A stretch of DNA of 64,000 nt, taken from assembly GCA_035716185.1 (NCBI GenBank), contig DASTJZ010000075.1, positions 59,467 through 123,466 on the forward strand. The letters are read 5' to 3'. This DNA is from Candidatus Dormiibacterota bacterium (GTDB taxonomy: Bacteria > Chloroflexota > Dormibacteria > CF-121). Position numbers and translations under genes: made by a program. Each line of letters starts with the position of its first letter. The stretch's first letter is position 1. The notes under the pieces were generated by a model, which saw nothing but the letters and a program-made list of their open reading frames with translations, had not been told where the DNA came from and searched no databases. This document shows positions 36,804-47,092 of this stretch, one piece after another.

Positions 36804-39166
36804 TGCGGATCTCCCTCAGTTGGCTCAGGGACTTCGTGGACATTCCTGCTGACGTGGAGCCGCTCGCCGCCCGGCTTACCCTCGCTGGCAACGAGGTCGA
36901 GCGGATCCACGAGCAGGACGTTGACTTCGACGGCGTGGTTGTCGCCCGAGTGACGGCCCTCCGCGCGCACCCCAACGCCGACAAACTGCAGTTGGCCACG
37001 GTGACGACCGGACGGGATTCGATCGAACTGGTCACTGGGGCGACCAATCTCAACGTCGGCGATCTCGTGCCCCTGGCACCTGAGGGCGCCCGGCTAGGAA
37101 CCCGGACGATCGGTAGCCAGGTGTTCCGCGGTGTGCGCTCACAGGGCATGCTCTGCTCCGAGATCGAGCTTGGCCTCGGGGACGATGCCGCCGGGATCAT
37201 GATCCTGGATCCCGGGGCCACACCGGGCCAGGATCTCCGCGAGCTCTTTCCCCGCGACACGATTCTCGAACTGGAGATCAAGTCCAATCGCCCGGACTTG
37301 CTCTGCCATCTCGGGATTGCCCGCGAGGTGAGTGCCATCTTTGCGCTGCCGTTGCGCCAGCCCAAACTCGCCGAGACACGCTCCCATCCAGCGTCCGCCC
37401 TGGTCCGCATCGACGACCCGGATGGCTGCCGCCGCTTTGTCGCGCGGTTGATCACCGGAGTCAAGGTCGCTCCCTCGCCAGCCTGGATGCAGGCGCGGTT
37501 GCGAGCTGCCGGCGTCCGGCCGATCAGCAATGTGGTCGACATCACGAACTACGTGATGCTCGAGCTGGGGCAGCCGATGCATGCCTACGATTCCCGGAAG
37601 CTGGCCGGCGGTAGGCTTGTGGCGCGTCGGGCGCGCACGGGGGAGCAGGTGCACAGTCTCGACGGGAAGACCCGGTCGCTCGAGGCGAGCGCCATGGTCG
37701 TGGCCGACACTGAGCGGCCTCAGGGCCTGGCCGGCATCATCGGCGGCGAAGACAGCGCCGTCACGACCGCTACCTCCGACGTGCTGCTCGAAGCCGCGAC
37801 CTGGGAGCCGCGATCGATTCGTCGGACGGCGCGAGCCTTTGGCTTACGCACTGAAGCCTCGCAACGCTTCGAAAAGGGGCTTAGCCCCGCCCTGCCTCCT
37901 GCTGCCATCGACCGCGCCACCCGGCTGATCATCGAGCTTGCCGGCGGGGCGGCCACTGGCACGGCCGACGTCTACCCGGACCGGCTCAAACCGGTCACCA
38001 TCGACCTCACGACGGAACGAATCGGTCGACTGCTGGGACTGACGGTCAAGGCGGCCGACGCGGAATCGATCCTCGAGCGCTTGGCGTTCCGGGTGGATCG
38101 ATCGGACAGCCGGTTGCTGGTGCATCCGCCAGAGTTCCGGCTCGACTGTTCGATCCCGGAGGACGTGGTCGAGGAGGTTGGCCGGATCTACGGCTACGAC
38201 CGGGTGCCGAGCACGCTGCCCGGGGAGCGTACACCAGTACGTGAGCTGTTCGATCGCCGCGACGCGGATGAGCTCGCTCGTGAAGTACTGGTCGGTCGGG
38301 AGACCGACGAGGCGGTGACGAACAGTCTGGTGAGTGCGGCGGCGAGCCAGGAGCTCCGACTTCCGATGTCGCCCTCGACACTTGTGCGGATCGCGAACCC
38401 AATGGCGGAGAATCGCGGCGCGCTTCGTGCCAGCCTTCTCCCGGGATTGCTCGAGGCGCTGGCCTTCAACGCCCGCCAGGACCAGCTTGGCGCGCGCCTG
38501 TTCGAAATTGGTTCCGTGTTCTGGCAAGGCAAACCGGGTGAGCTGGATGAACCGCAGATGCTGGCGGTAGCGGTGCATGTTCCAGCCGGGGGCGCTCCAG
38601 CCGCCCTAGCCGAGCTGCGCAACTTGCAGGCGACACTGGCCACGCTTCGCGACCGGCTGGCGATCGGATCGACCGTGTTTCGCCAGGCGCAAGCTCCGGG
38701 CTTCCATCCGGGTCGTACAGCCGAGATCATCGAGCAGGGCCAAGCGGTTGGCGTAGTAGGCGAAGTCCATCCGGCGACGCTCAGCCGGCTCGACCTGCCT
38801 GGCCGGGCGGTGGCTGCTGAGGTCCTCTTCGATCGCCTGACGGCCGGTGGCCAGCGGACGCCCCAGGCAGGGCTGCTACCTCGATTCCCGGGGGTCCGAC
38901 GGGACCTTACGGTCCTGATTCGGGGCAAGATCGCCGGTAACGATCTCGTGCAAGTAATCCGGCAGCTCGGCGGTTACACGTTGCGGGAGGTCTCCATGCT
39001 TAGCGAATACGAAGGCCCGCAATTGGGGGCCGGTGCCCGCAGCCTGTCCTTCCGCCTTTTTTACCAGGCGGATGATCGAACCCTGACCAACGACGAGGTT
39101 TCGGCGTCGCAGCAGCGGATCGTCGATGGCCTCAACGCGCGTTTCGGGGCAGAGGTTCGGTCCTGA
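36803..39166 (+). CDS. pheT: Phenylalanyl-tRNA synthetase beta subunit
   Basis: TGATG junction. MRISLSWLRDFVDIPADVEPLAARLTLAGNEVERIHE...; 787 aa. Confidence 0.95.
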   Translation: MRISLSWLRDFVDIPADVEPLAARLTLAGNEVERIHEQDVDFDGVVVARVTALRAHPNADKLQLATVTTGRDSIELVTGATNLNVGDLVPLAPEGARLGTRTIGSQVFRGVRSQGMLCSEIELGLGDDAAGIMILDPGATPGQDLRELFPRDTILELEIKSNRPDLLCHLGIAREVSAIFALPLRQPKLAETRSHPASALVRIDDPDGCRRFVARLITGVKVAPSPAWMQARLRAAGVRPISNVVDITNYVMLELGQPMHAYDSRKLAGGRLVARRARTGEQVHSLDGKTRSLEASAMVVADTERPQGLAGIIGGEDSAVTTATSDVLLEAATWEPRSIRRTARAFGLRTEASQRFEKGLSPALPPAAIDRATRLIIELAGGAATGTADVYPDRLKPVTIDLTTERIGRLLGLTVKAADAESILERLAFRVDRSDSRLLVHPPEFRLDCSIPEDVVEEVGRIYGYDRVPSTLPGERTPVRELFDRRDADELAREVLVGRETDEAVTNSLVSAAASQELRLPMSPSTLVRIANPMAENRGALRASLLPGLLEALAFNARQDQLGARLFEIGSVFWQGKPGELDEPQMLAVAVHVPAGGAPAALAELRNLQATLATLRDRLAIGSTVFRQAQAPGFHPGRTAEIIEQGQAVGVVGEVHPATLSRLDLPGRAVAAEVLFDRLTAGGQRTPQAGLLPRFPGVRRDLTVLIRGKIAGNDLVQVIRQLGGYTLREVSMLSEYEGPQLGAGARSLSFRLFYQADDRTLTNDEVSASQQRIVDGLNARFGAEVRS

Positions 39167-39726
39167 TGGACTTCCTGGACCTGATCATCGTCGTCGCCCT
39201 GACAGGCAACCTGCTCCTCGGTTGGGCGTTCGGGCTGGTTCGCCGGATCGTCGCGTTTGTCGGCCTCTTCGCCGGCGTGGGAGCGGCTACCTTGACCAGC
39301 GCGAATACCTCGACCTACATCGCGAACACGTTTGGCATTACCTCGGCGATCTGGTCGCACCTGATCACCTACACGGTGATCGTGACCTTCGCTGTCGTTC
39401 TTTTTGAGGTCCTCGGCGCCGTCTACCAGCGCTACCTCGACATGCTGATCGCGCCCGCTTTTGACCGCCTCACCGGGACGCTGGCCGGCGCGGTCGTGGG
39501 GGCGTTCGAAATCACGGTGGTCTTGATCGTCGGCGTTGGCGCGGTCAACACCAAGCTGCCGAGCGGGTACGCAACGCCTCCGGCATTTCTCACGATCCAG
39601 GACTGGTTCACGAATTCGCTGCTGGCGCCGCATTTCTACGGCCTGGAGCCACTGACCCGAGCCGTGTTCTCGCTCGTGCTGCCCAGCAGCATCAGCAGTT
39701 ACTTCACGCAACTGTTGGTTCGCTAG
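39166..39726 (+). CDS. cvpA: CvpA-family membrane protein
   Basis: MDFLDLIIVVALTGNLLLGWAFGLVRRIVAFVGLFAGVG... Confidence 0.75.
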   Translation: MDFLDLIIVVALTGNLLLGWAFGLVRRIVAFVGLFAGVGAATLTSANTSTYIANTFGITSAIWSHLITYTVIVTFAVVLFEVLGAVYQRYLDMLIAPAFDRLTGTLAGAVVGAFEITVVLIVGVGAVNTKLPSGYATPPAFLTIQDWFTNSLLAPHFYGLEPLTRAVFSLVLPSSISSYFTQLLVR

Positions 39727-39776
39727 ACCGGGCAGGTGCGATGGACGCGGCCTAAGACCGACACAATAGGCTTGGT

Positions 39777-40400
39777 TTGCCGAGCAATAACCTTACGGCG
39801 CCGCGGTTGTCGCGATCGTTCTTTGCGCGCAAACCCGTCACCCTGGCGCGTGATCTGCTCGGGCGGATTCTCTTCTACCGCACCCCGCAAGGGCTGATTG
39901 CCGGCCGAATCGTGGAGACCGAGGCCTACACCGGGGAGGCCGATGCGGCATCGCACGCCTTCCGCGGTCGTACCGCCCGGAACGCCGTCATGTTCGGCCC
40001 GGCCGGGCACGCTTACGTCTATTTCAGCTACGGCGTGCACTACTGCCTCAATGTGGTCGCTGACCAGCCCGGCAAGGCCGGCGCGGTGCTACTGCGTGCC
40101 CTCGAGCCGCGGTCGGGGATCGCGATCATCCGAGCCCGGGGTGACCAGGGACCCGAACACCGCCTGTTGAGTGGCCCCGGAAAGATCGGGCGCGCCTTCG
40201 GGCTCACCCTCGCCGACAACGGCCGCGACCTCACGCGTGGACCGCTGGGAATCGCCGCCGGCACCCCAGTGCCCGATCGTGAGGTCGCCATATCGACGCG
40301 AATCGGGATCTCGCGCGCCGTGGATTTCCCCTACCGCTTTGCCGTGGTGGGAAGCCGCTCGGTGTCGGGTCGGGTGTCGACCGTTAGCTCGGGAGCGTGA
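39777..40400 (+). CDS. DNA-3-methyladenine glycosylase (MPG/AAG family)
   Basis: TTG start. ...FFARKPVTLARDLLGRILFYRT...IVETEAYTGEADAASHAFRGRTARNAVMFGPAGHAYVYFSYGVHYCLNVV... Confidence 0.85.
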   Translation: MPSNNLTAPRLSRSFFARKPVTLARDLLGRILFYRTPQGLIAGRIVETEAYTGEADAASHAFRGRTARNAVMFGPAGHAYVYFSYGVHYCLNVVADQPGKAGAVLLRALEPRSGIAIIRARGDQGPEHRLLSGPGKIGRAFGLTLADNGRDLTRGPLGIAAGTPVPDREVAISTRIGISRAVDFPYRFAVVGSRSVSGRVSTVSSGA

Positions 40401-42885
40401 TGGTGATGGTCTGTGCCGCGGCCGCGTTGGCCGGGTTGTAGTCGTAGGCCTGGACGATCAGCTTGTGGGTGCTCCCGGGATGACCCTTGATGACAAAGGT
40501 GTATGGCGCTTGCGTCGCCTGGACTGGCTGGCTTGCGCCGTCGAGGAAAAAGTCGACCTCTTTGACCGCCTCGTCGTCTGTCGCCGTCGCGGTGACTAGC
40601 ACGCTGCCGTCGGGCTGCGGCGCCGGCGCAACGGTCAGGGTGGGCGGCGTCGTCTCGGTGAACAGCTGGCAGTTCTGCGTCGGGGGCTGCGGGCTGTTTT
40701 TGTCCTTCAGGTTGTCCGGGTAACCCGGCGGGTAGTTGACGAATGTCTTCACCGTGGTGAGGGCGGCCGGGATGTCGGGGGTGGCGAGCAGGCCGTCGGT
40801 GGTACAGACCCGCACCGAACGGTACCAATCATCGGGGCGGTTCGGCGCCTGGCCGGCGATGAACCAATCGGTGATCGTCTGGCCGGCGCAGTTGGCGGTC
40901 GCCAGCAGGCCGCTGGCGCGGCAGACCGTGACCTTCTTCAGCCCGTCAGGAACCGGGAAGTCGCGGACCGGCTTATTCGTTTCGTAGGCGTTGAAGATGT
41001 CACGGAAGATCAACCCGGCGCCCTGCACGCCCCAGACGACGTTGAGATTCGAGTTGACGTTCGACGGGCAGCCACCCGCACAGGTGTGGCCCATCCAGGC
41101 TCCGATGACCACGTCGGGGTTGTAGCCGATCAGCCAGGAGTCATGCCAGTTTTCGGTGGTGCCGGTCTTCGACGCGAACGGCCGCTTGATGTTCAGGGCG
41201 GCGCCTACCGGCCGGAGGATGTCGCTGACTTCATAGGCGACCTGGGCGGGGAGGACGCGTACCCCCGGACCCGGTTTCCATTCCTGCAACACCTTTCCCT
41301 CGCTATCGACGACCTTGAGAATCACGGTCGGATCGTGGTAGATGCCACCCGAGGCCAGCACCCCGTAGGCGTTGAAGTGCTGATAGGGGAGGACTTCGCT
41401 GGCGCCGATCGCCTGCGCCAGTCCGCGCTCGGGCGTGAGGTTGGCGTTGGTCAAGCCCATCATGCGCGCTGTCTGGAAGACTCGGTCGTAGCCGAGCTGC
41501 TTAAGCAGCATCAGCGCCGGGATGTTTCGCGATTCCTCGAGGGCTCGGCGAAGGGTGATGACGCCCTCGCTGCGATGGTCCCAGTCGACGAACGCATGCC
41601 CGTCGATCTTGCCCTGGCTATCGTCGATCAGGTTTGAGGGAGCGTAGCCGTTGGCGAAGGCGGTGGCGTAGACGTAGATCTTGAACGACGATCCCGGCTG
41701 CCGGCCCTGCCCGTCGGTGAGCACGTTGTACTGGCCGCCGATGGCCTGGTCGTAGTAGTTGGCGCTGCCCACCATGGCCAGCACCTGGCCGGTGTTGGGA
41801 TCGATGACCTCGGCTGCCCCGTTGTTGACGTTGCGCGCCCGCAGGTCGGGGCGGTTGACGTTGCTGGCCACGGCCTGCTCGGCAATCCGCTGAAGGTTGA
41901 AGTCGAGCGTCGTCGTAATCCGCAGCCCGCCGCCCGAGACAACCGCATCGCCGTACTGGTGGCTGAGCTGCTGGAGAACGTAGTCGACGAACCAGGGGGC
42001 GTTGAGATCTCGCTGGATGCTGCCGTTCTGCAGCTTGAGCGGTTCCTTGACGGCGGTGTCGTACTCCTGCTGACTGATGAAGTGGTCACGGAGCATGTCG
42101 TGGAGCACGAGCTCCTGGCGAGCCTTCGCGTTGGGCAGCGTCGTCGGGTTATACGGATCGAGCTGAGAAGGCGAATTCGGAATGGCGGCCAGCATCGCGG
42201 CCTCCGCGATGTCCAGGTTTTTGGCGGACTTGGCGAAGTAGGTCTGGGCGGCCGCCTCCGCGCCATAGGCCTCATGGCCATAGAAGATCTGGTTCAGGTA
42301 GAGCGTCAGGATATCGTTCTTCGTGTACCGGCGCTCGATCTCCATCGCCAGCACCGCCTCTCGGACCTTGCGCTCCAGAGAGGGGTCGTTACCGACGAAC
42401 ATGCGCTTGACGAGCTGTTGCGTAATAGTGCTGGCGCCTTGCTCGATGTGCTGATGGGTAATGTTGGCGAACGCGGCGCTCACGATCCGGGGGATGTCGA
42501 TGCCGTTGTGGGTGTAGAAGTAGCGGTCCTCGATCGAGATGGTGGCTTCGATCAGGTGCGGCGACATGGCCGAGAGCGGCACCACGGTGCGAACCACGCC
42601 GTCGGTGTGCTTGACGTAGAGCAGCATCCCATTACGGTCATAGATCCTGGTGGCCTGCGCCAGCTCTTTGGCATTGAGCGAGCTGGGGTCGGGCAGGTCG
42701 CGCGTATAGGTCTGATAGGTGTCCACCGCTTCCGCGCCGCCCCCCAGGCCCAGCAGGCCGATCAGGGTCAGTCCGACAACCAGGTATTTGGCGAAGCTGC
42801 CCGCCCGACGCCGGCGCTTGAGCCGGCTAATCGTAAGCACTCGGATGGCGGCGAGTCGGGCAAACCGGTGTTTGTCTGGCGACAC
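40384..42885 (-). CDS. Class A penicillin-binding protein (PBP1A-type transglycosylase + transpeptidase) with a ~200-aa C-terminal Ig-like extension
   Basis: N-terminal signal anchor RLKRRRRAGSFAKYLVVGLTLIGLLGL; GT51 motifs (EDRYFYTHNGID, TITQQLVK); TPase SxxK/SxN/KTG region. C-term ...DEAVKEVDFFLDGASQPVQATQAPYTFVIKGHPGSTHKLIVQAYDYNP.... Start set at GTG 42885. The ORF-track extension to 43479 overlaps tyrS and is spurious. Confidence 0.85.
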   Translation of the reverse strand: MSPDKHRFARLAAIRVLTISRLKRRRRAGSFAKYLVVGLTLIGLLGLGGGAEAVDTYQTYTRDLPDPSSLNAKELAQATRIYDRNGMLLYVKHTDGVVRTVVPLSAMSPHLIEATISIEDRYFYTHNGIDIPRIVSAAFANITHQHIEQGASTITQQLVKRMFVGNDPSLERKVREAVLAMEIERRYTKNDILTLYLNQIFYGHEAYGAEAAAQTYFAKSAKNLDIAEAAMLAAIPNSPSQLDPYNPTTLPNAKARQELVLHDMLRDHFISQQEYDTAVKEPLKLQNGSIQRDLNAPWFVDYVLQQLSHQYGDAVVSGGGLRITTTLDFNLQRIAEQAVASNVNRPDLRARNVNNGAAEVIDPNTGQVLAMVGSANYYDQAIGGQYNVLTDGQGRQPGSSFKIYVYATAFANGYAPSNLIDDSQGKIDGHAFVDWDHRSEGVITLRRALEESRNIPALMLLKQLGYDRVFQTARMMGLTNANLTPERGLAQAIGASEVLPYQHFNAYGVLASGGIYHDPTVILKVVDSEGKVLQEWKPGPGVRVLPAQVAYEVSDILRPVGAALNIKRPFASKTGTTENWHDSWLIGYNPDVVIGAWMGHTCAGGCPSNVNSNLNVVWGVQGAGLIFRDIFNAYETNKPVRDFPVPDGLKKVTVCRASGLLATANCAGQTITDWFIAGQAPNRPDDWYRSVRVCTTDGLLATPDIPAALTTVKTFVNYPPGYPDNLKDKNSPQPPTQNCQLFTETTPPTLTVAPAPQPDGSVLVTATATDDEAVKEVDFFLDGASQPVQATQAPYTFVIKGHPGSTHKLIVQAYDYNPANAAAAQTITITLPS

Positions 42886-42921
42886 CGCGTCTATAACGGT
42901 TGAGTTCGGTAAAAAGCACAG

Positions 42922-44163
42922 TTGATCGAGCGAAGCGCCGATATACTCGCGTCTAGAACGCGTGACGGAATGATGAAAAGACAACAAAACCCTGATGACG
43001 AGGCCTGGCAGGCCGTCACCAGCGGCGCGGTTGACATCGTCGACCGCGAACACCTCCGCCAGCGCATCGTCCGCGGAGATCGGTTGCGCGTCAAGCTCGG
43101 GCTCGATCCGACCCGGCCCGACATCCACCTCGGTCACACGGTCCAGCTGCGCACGCTTCGCCGTTATCAGGAGCATGGCCACCAGGTTGTCCTGATCATT
43201 GGCGACTGGACCGCCCGCATCGGAGACCCCTCGGGTCAGAACGTGACCCGGCCGCAGCTGACACACGAGGAGGTCGATGCGGCGGCCAAAACCTATCTCG
43301 ATCAAGCCTGGAAGATCCTCGAGGAGAGCGCGACCGAGGTCCGCTTTCAGTCGGAATGGTTCGACCGCATGCGGCTCGATGACGTGGTTGGCCTGATGAG
43401 CAAGTACACGGTCGCGCGCATGCTGGCTCGTGAAGATTTCGCAAAGCGCGTCAAGGAAGGCCGCCCCGTCAGCCTGCACGAACTGCTCTATCCGTTGCTG
43501 CAGGCCTATGACTCCGTCGCCATCAAGTCGGATCTCGAACTGGGCGGCACCGATCAGACCTTCAACCTGCTGGTCGGACGTGACCTGCAGGAGGCATTCG
43601 GCCAGCCGCCGCAGGACATTCAGACCATGCCGCTGCTCGAGGGTCTGGACGGTGTCCAGAAGATGAGCAAGAGCCTCGACAACTACATCGGAATCGACGA
43701 GTCGCCGGACGTCATGTATCGCAAGGCGATGGCAGTGCCGGACAATCTCATTCTTCGCTACCTCGAACTGGCAACGGACGCGACCCCGGCCGAGATCGCC
43801 GCTGAACGGCGTGCCCTACAGGATGGCGCAAATCCGCGCGACGTCAAGCAGCGACTGGCGGAGCGCATCGTCCAGCAGTTCCACCGCAATGTGGCGTCGG
43901 ACGCCTATCGAGGATCGGGAGGTCGCATTCTGGCGGCCGAACCCGAGGCGGTGACGATTCGTGCTGGCGAGCGCACCGGTGCAGAACTGTTTCTCGAATC
44001 CGGCCTGGTCAGCAGTAAGGGTGAAGCGCGCCGCCTCGCCGTCCAGAAGGGGCTCAGCATCAACGATCGCATCGTTGAATCAATCGACGCGGCCGTCAAT
44101 CCGCAGGATGGTTGGCTGTTACGCCGCGGCAATCATCGCCTGGTGCGGCTGAAGGTGAGCTAA
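42922..44163 (+). CDS. tyrS: Tyrosyl-tRNA synthetase (true start may be ATG ~42970)
   Basis: HIGH motif (PTRPDIHLGH), KMSKS motif (KMSKSLDNYI), C-terminal S4-like domain. Confidence 0.9.
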   Translation: MIERSADILASRTRDGMMKRQQNPDDEAWQAVTSGAVDIVDREHLRQRIVRGDRLRVKLGLDPTRPDIHLGHTVQLRTLRRYQEHGHQVVLIIGDWTARIGDPSGQNVTRPQLTHEEVDAAAKTYLDQAWKILEESATEVRFQSEWFDRMRLDDVVGLMSKYTVARMLAREDFAKRVKEGRPVSLHELLYPLLQAYDSVAIKSDLELGGTDQTFNLLVGRDLQEAFGQPPQDIQTMPLLEGLDGVQKMSKSLDNYIGIDESPDVMYRKAMAVPDNLILRYLELATDATPAEIAAERRALQDGANPRDVKQRLAERIVQQFHRNVASDAYRGSGGRILAAEPEAVTIRAGERTGAELFLESGLVSSKGEARRLAVQKGLSINDRIVESIDAAVNPQDGWLLRRGNHRLVRLKVS

Positions 44164-44181
44164 ACTTCCGACGGGGAGAAG

Positions 44182-44937
44182 ATGTCCGGACACTCTAAAT
44201 GGTCTTCGATCAAGCACAAGAAGGCCCTCACCGACGCGAAGAAAGGTCAGCAATTCACCAAGGTGGCGCGCGAAATTGCCATCGCCGCTCGCGAGGGCGG
44301 CGGGAACGCGGAGGGCAATTACCGCCTGCGACTGGCGATTGAGAAGGCCCGCGATGTCAATATGCCGCAGGACAACATCAAGCGCGCCATCCAGCGGGGC
44401 ACGGGTGAGCTCGGCGGCGCGCAGATGGAGCAGCTTCGCTTCGAAGGTTACGGGCCACACGGTGTCGCCGTCCTGGTCGAGACGGTTACCGACAACCGCA
44501 ACCGGACGAGCAGTGATATTCGCAACCTGTTCACCCGCTCAGGCGGAAATCTCGGCACCACGGGGAGCGTCGGCTGGATGTTCTCGCGGCAGGGCGAGAT
44601 CGTCGTCGATGCCAACGGCCGGGATCCCGATGAGATTGGTCTCGAGGCGATCGAGGTAGGAGCGAGCGATGCCCAGGTCGATGGCAAGACGGTCGAGATC
44701 GTTACTGATCCGGCGAAGCTCGAAGCCGTGCAGGACGCGTTGAAAAAGAAGGGCTACAAGATCGATTCAGCTGAAGTGACGATGAACGCCTCACAGCTGG
44801 TTTCTCTGAACGAGGCGACCGCTCCGCCGGTGCTCAAGCTGCTCGATGCGCTCGAGGAACTCGATGATGTGCAGTCGGTGTACTCGAATATCGATGTGCC
44901 GGCCGACGTGATGGAGCGCCTCAGCGAGCGTGTCTAG
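44182..44937 (+). CDS. yebC: YebC/PmpR-family transcriptional regulator
   Basis: MSGHSKWSSIKHKKALTDAKKGQQFTKVAREIAIAAREGGGNAEGNYRLRLAIEKARDVNMPQDNIKRAIQRG... Confidence 0.9.
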   Translation: MSGHSKWSSIKHKKALTDAKKGQQFTKVAREIAIAAREGGGNAEGNYRLRLAIEKARDVNMPQDNIKRAIQRGTGELGGAQMEQLRFEGYGPHGVAVLVETVTDNRNRTSSDIRNLFTRSGGNLGTTGSVGWMFSRQGEIVVDANGRDPDEIGLEAIEVGASDAQVDGKTVEIVTDPAKLEAVQDALKKKGYKIDSAEVTMNASQLVSLNEATAPPVLKLLDALEELDDVQSVYSNIDVPADVMERLSERV

Positions 44938-45457
44938 CGACGGCCTGCTGGTCCTCGGTGTTGACCCGGGGCTGGCCGATACCGGCTATGGCGCCGTACG
45001 GCGGGCCAACGGCCGGCTGTCGCTGATCACCTCGGGCACGCTGAAGACCCCGGCCAATCTGTCCGAACCCAAGCGGCTGCGCGTGCTGGCCGACCAGATG
45101 CGAGCGCTGCTGGCGGAGCTGCACCCGCAGGCCGCCGCCTTCGAAGAGCTGTTTTTCAGCAAGAACGTTCGCACCGCGATGGCGGTCGGCCAGGCGCGCG
45201 GCGTCGCCCTGCTGGCAGCCGTCGAGGCCGGTGCCGAGGTCCACGAATACACACCCAACCAGGTCAAGATGTCGCTGACCGGATACGGTGGGGCCACCAA
45301 GGGCCAGATGCTGAAGATGGTGCAGTCGCTGCTCGCGACCCGCGAGTTGCCGCGCTCCGACGATGCCATCGACGCGCTCGCCATCGCCATCTGCCACCAT
45401 CACAGTGGCCGGCTGCGGACGATCATCAGCCGCCCTCCCGTAGGCGTTCGGGCTTGA
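44930..45457 (+). CDS. ruvC: Holliday junction resolvase RuvC
   Basis: ...LLVLGVDPGLADTGYGAV... ...ADAIDALAIAICH... Confidence 0.9.
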   Translation: MSSDGLLVLGVDPGLADTGYGAVRRANGRLSLITSGTLKTPANLSEPKRLRVLADQMRALLAELHPQAAAFEELFFSKNVRTAMAVGQARGVALLAAVEAGAEVHEYTPNQVKMSLTGYGGATKGQMLKMVQSLLATRELPRSDDAIDALAIAICHHHSGRLRTIISRPPVGVRA

Positions 45458-46056
45458 TTGGATCCCTCGAGGGCATCCTGGCCCAGCGAGGAGGCGAGAC
45501 GGTGCTCGTCGACGTGCATGGGGTCGGCTACCTGGTCACGGTCGGCGCTCGCGCCCTGGCGGAACTTCCCAGCGTGGGGGAGCGTCTCCGGCTCTATACC
45601 TATACCTACGTGCGCGAAGACGCCCTCGGACTCTTCGGCTTTCGAAGCCCTGACGAGCTCACCTTCTTCAAGCTCTTGCTGTCCGTCAAAGGCATCGGGC
45701 CCAAGGCCGGGCTGGCAATTCTGAGCCGAGCCGAGATCGGGGTCCTGAAGCGCGCCATTCTCAAAGAGGATGCGGCTCTGCTCGCTACCGTACCGGGCAT
45801 CGGCCCCAAGACGGCGGCCCGCATCGTCCTCGAGCTCAAAGGCAAGCTGAAGGACGAGATGTTCGGCGAGGAGGCCCGAGCTCCGGCAGCCGCCGGCTCC
45901 GACACCGTGGCGCAGGCGCTGCAGGTGCTGACCGGACTTGGCTATACCCCGGCTGAGGCCAAAGACGCGCTACGAAAAGCGAGCGCCGGGAACGGTGGTA
46001 GCCATACCCTGGAGCAGCTGGTGACGGTAGCACTCAAAGGACTGGATCGCTCATGA
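45454..46056 (+). CDS. ruvA: Holliday junction branch-migration protein RuvA
   Basis: TTGA overlap. [28 protein letters not shown]...; HhH motifs (...[12 protein letters not shown]..., ...[13 protein letters not shown]...). Confidence 0.9.
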   Translation: MIGSLEGILAQRGGETVLVDVHGVGYLVTVGARALAELPSVGERLRLYTYTYVREDALGLFGFRSPDELTFFKLLLSVKGIGPKAGLAILSRAEIGVLKRAILKEDAALLATVPGIGPKTAARIVLELKGKLKDEMFGEEARAPAAAGSDTVAQALQVLTGLGYTPAEAKDALRKASAGNGGSHTLEQLVTVALKGLDRS

Positions 46057-47072
46057 CTGATCGCATCGTCACCGCCGACGAGCGCACCGAAGACCAGGAG
46101 TTCGATCGAAGCCTGCGGCCGCGTCAGCTGACCGAGTTCATTGGGCAGGAAGCGGTCAAGGCCAATCTCGAGATCCTGATCACCGCTGCACGTGGGAGGA
46201 ATGAGCCAATCGAGCACATTCTGATCGCGGGGCCGCCCGGGCTCGGCAAGACGACACTCGCCAACATCATCGCGAATGAGATGGGCGTCAACATCCGGAC
46301 GACCTCCGGTCCGGCGATCGAGCATCAGGGCGCCCTGGCCTCGATCCTGACCAACCTCGAGGATCGCGACATCTTCTTTGTCGACGAGATTCATCGGCTG
46401 GCCCGTCCGGTCGAAGAATCCCTCTATCCGGCGATGGAAGACTTCAAATTCGACTTCGTCAGCGGCAAGGGAGCCGGGGCTCAGCCGCTGCGGCTGCAGC
46501 TGCCGCGTTTTACGGTGATCGGCGCAACCACCCGCCAGGGCATGCTCTCAGCGCCTCTCCGCGACCGGTTTGGGGCCGTCTACGCCCTCTACTTCTATCC
46601 AGCGGGCGATCTGTTGGCCATCGTCAAGCGATCCGCGCAACTGCTCCGAGTGGAGATCGACGAGCCGGGCGCGCGGATGATTGCCAGCCGGTCGCGGGGT
46701 ACGCCTCGAGTTGCCAACCGGCTGCTGCGGCGGGTCCGCGACTATGCCCAGGTGCGGGCAGAGGGCCGGGTCGATGAGCGGATTGCGCTCGAGGCACTAG
46801 CTATGCTCGAAGTCGATGAGCTCGGTCTCGACCTGATCGATCGCCGGATCCTCCGCACGATCGTAGAGAAATACGACGGCGGGCCGGTAGGGCTCGACAC
46901 GATCGCGGTGTCGGTCTCGGAGGACCCGGAAACGGTCGAAGACGTCTATGAGCCGTTCCTGATGCAGCTCGGCTTCCTGGCCAGAACACCGCGGGGTCGA
47001 GTGGCGACCAAGCTTGCCTACGAGCATCTGGGCCTGGTCAAGGCGAGTAGCGAACAGCCGCGACTGTTTTAG
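46053..47072 (+). CDS. ruvB: Holliday junction helicase RuvB
   Basis: ...[23 protein letters not shown]... [18 protein letters not shown]... Confidence 0.95.
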   Translation: MTDRIVTADERTEDQEFDRSLRPRQLTEFIGQEAVKANLEILITAARGRNEPIEHILIAGPPGLGKTTLANIIANEMGVNIRTTSGPAIEHQGALASILTNLEDRDIFFVDEIHRLARPVEESLYPAMEDFKFDFVSGKGAGAQPLRLQLPRFTVIGATTRQGMLSAPLRDRFGAVYALYFYPAGDLLAIVKRSAQLLRVEIDEPGARMIASRSRGTPRVANRLLRRVRDYAQVRAEGRVDERIALEALAMLEVDELGLDLIDRRILRTIVEKYDGGPVGLDTIAVSVSEDPETVEDVYEPFLMQLGFLARTPRGRVATKLAYEHLGLVKASSEQPRLF

Positions 47073-47092
47073 CTTCCGGCCGCCGGCTCCAG

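Noticed and set aside
42891-43479. N-terminal 190-aa extension of the PBP ORF (to 43479)
   Set aside because: It overlaps the TyrS HIGH-motif region on the opposite strand. A signal-anchor with a positively charged stretch starts at GTG 42885, the expected PBP1A N-terminus.
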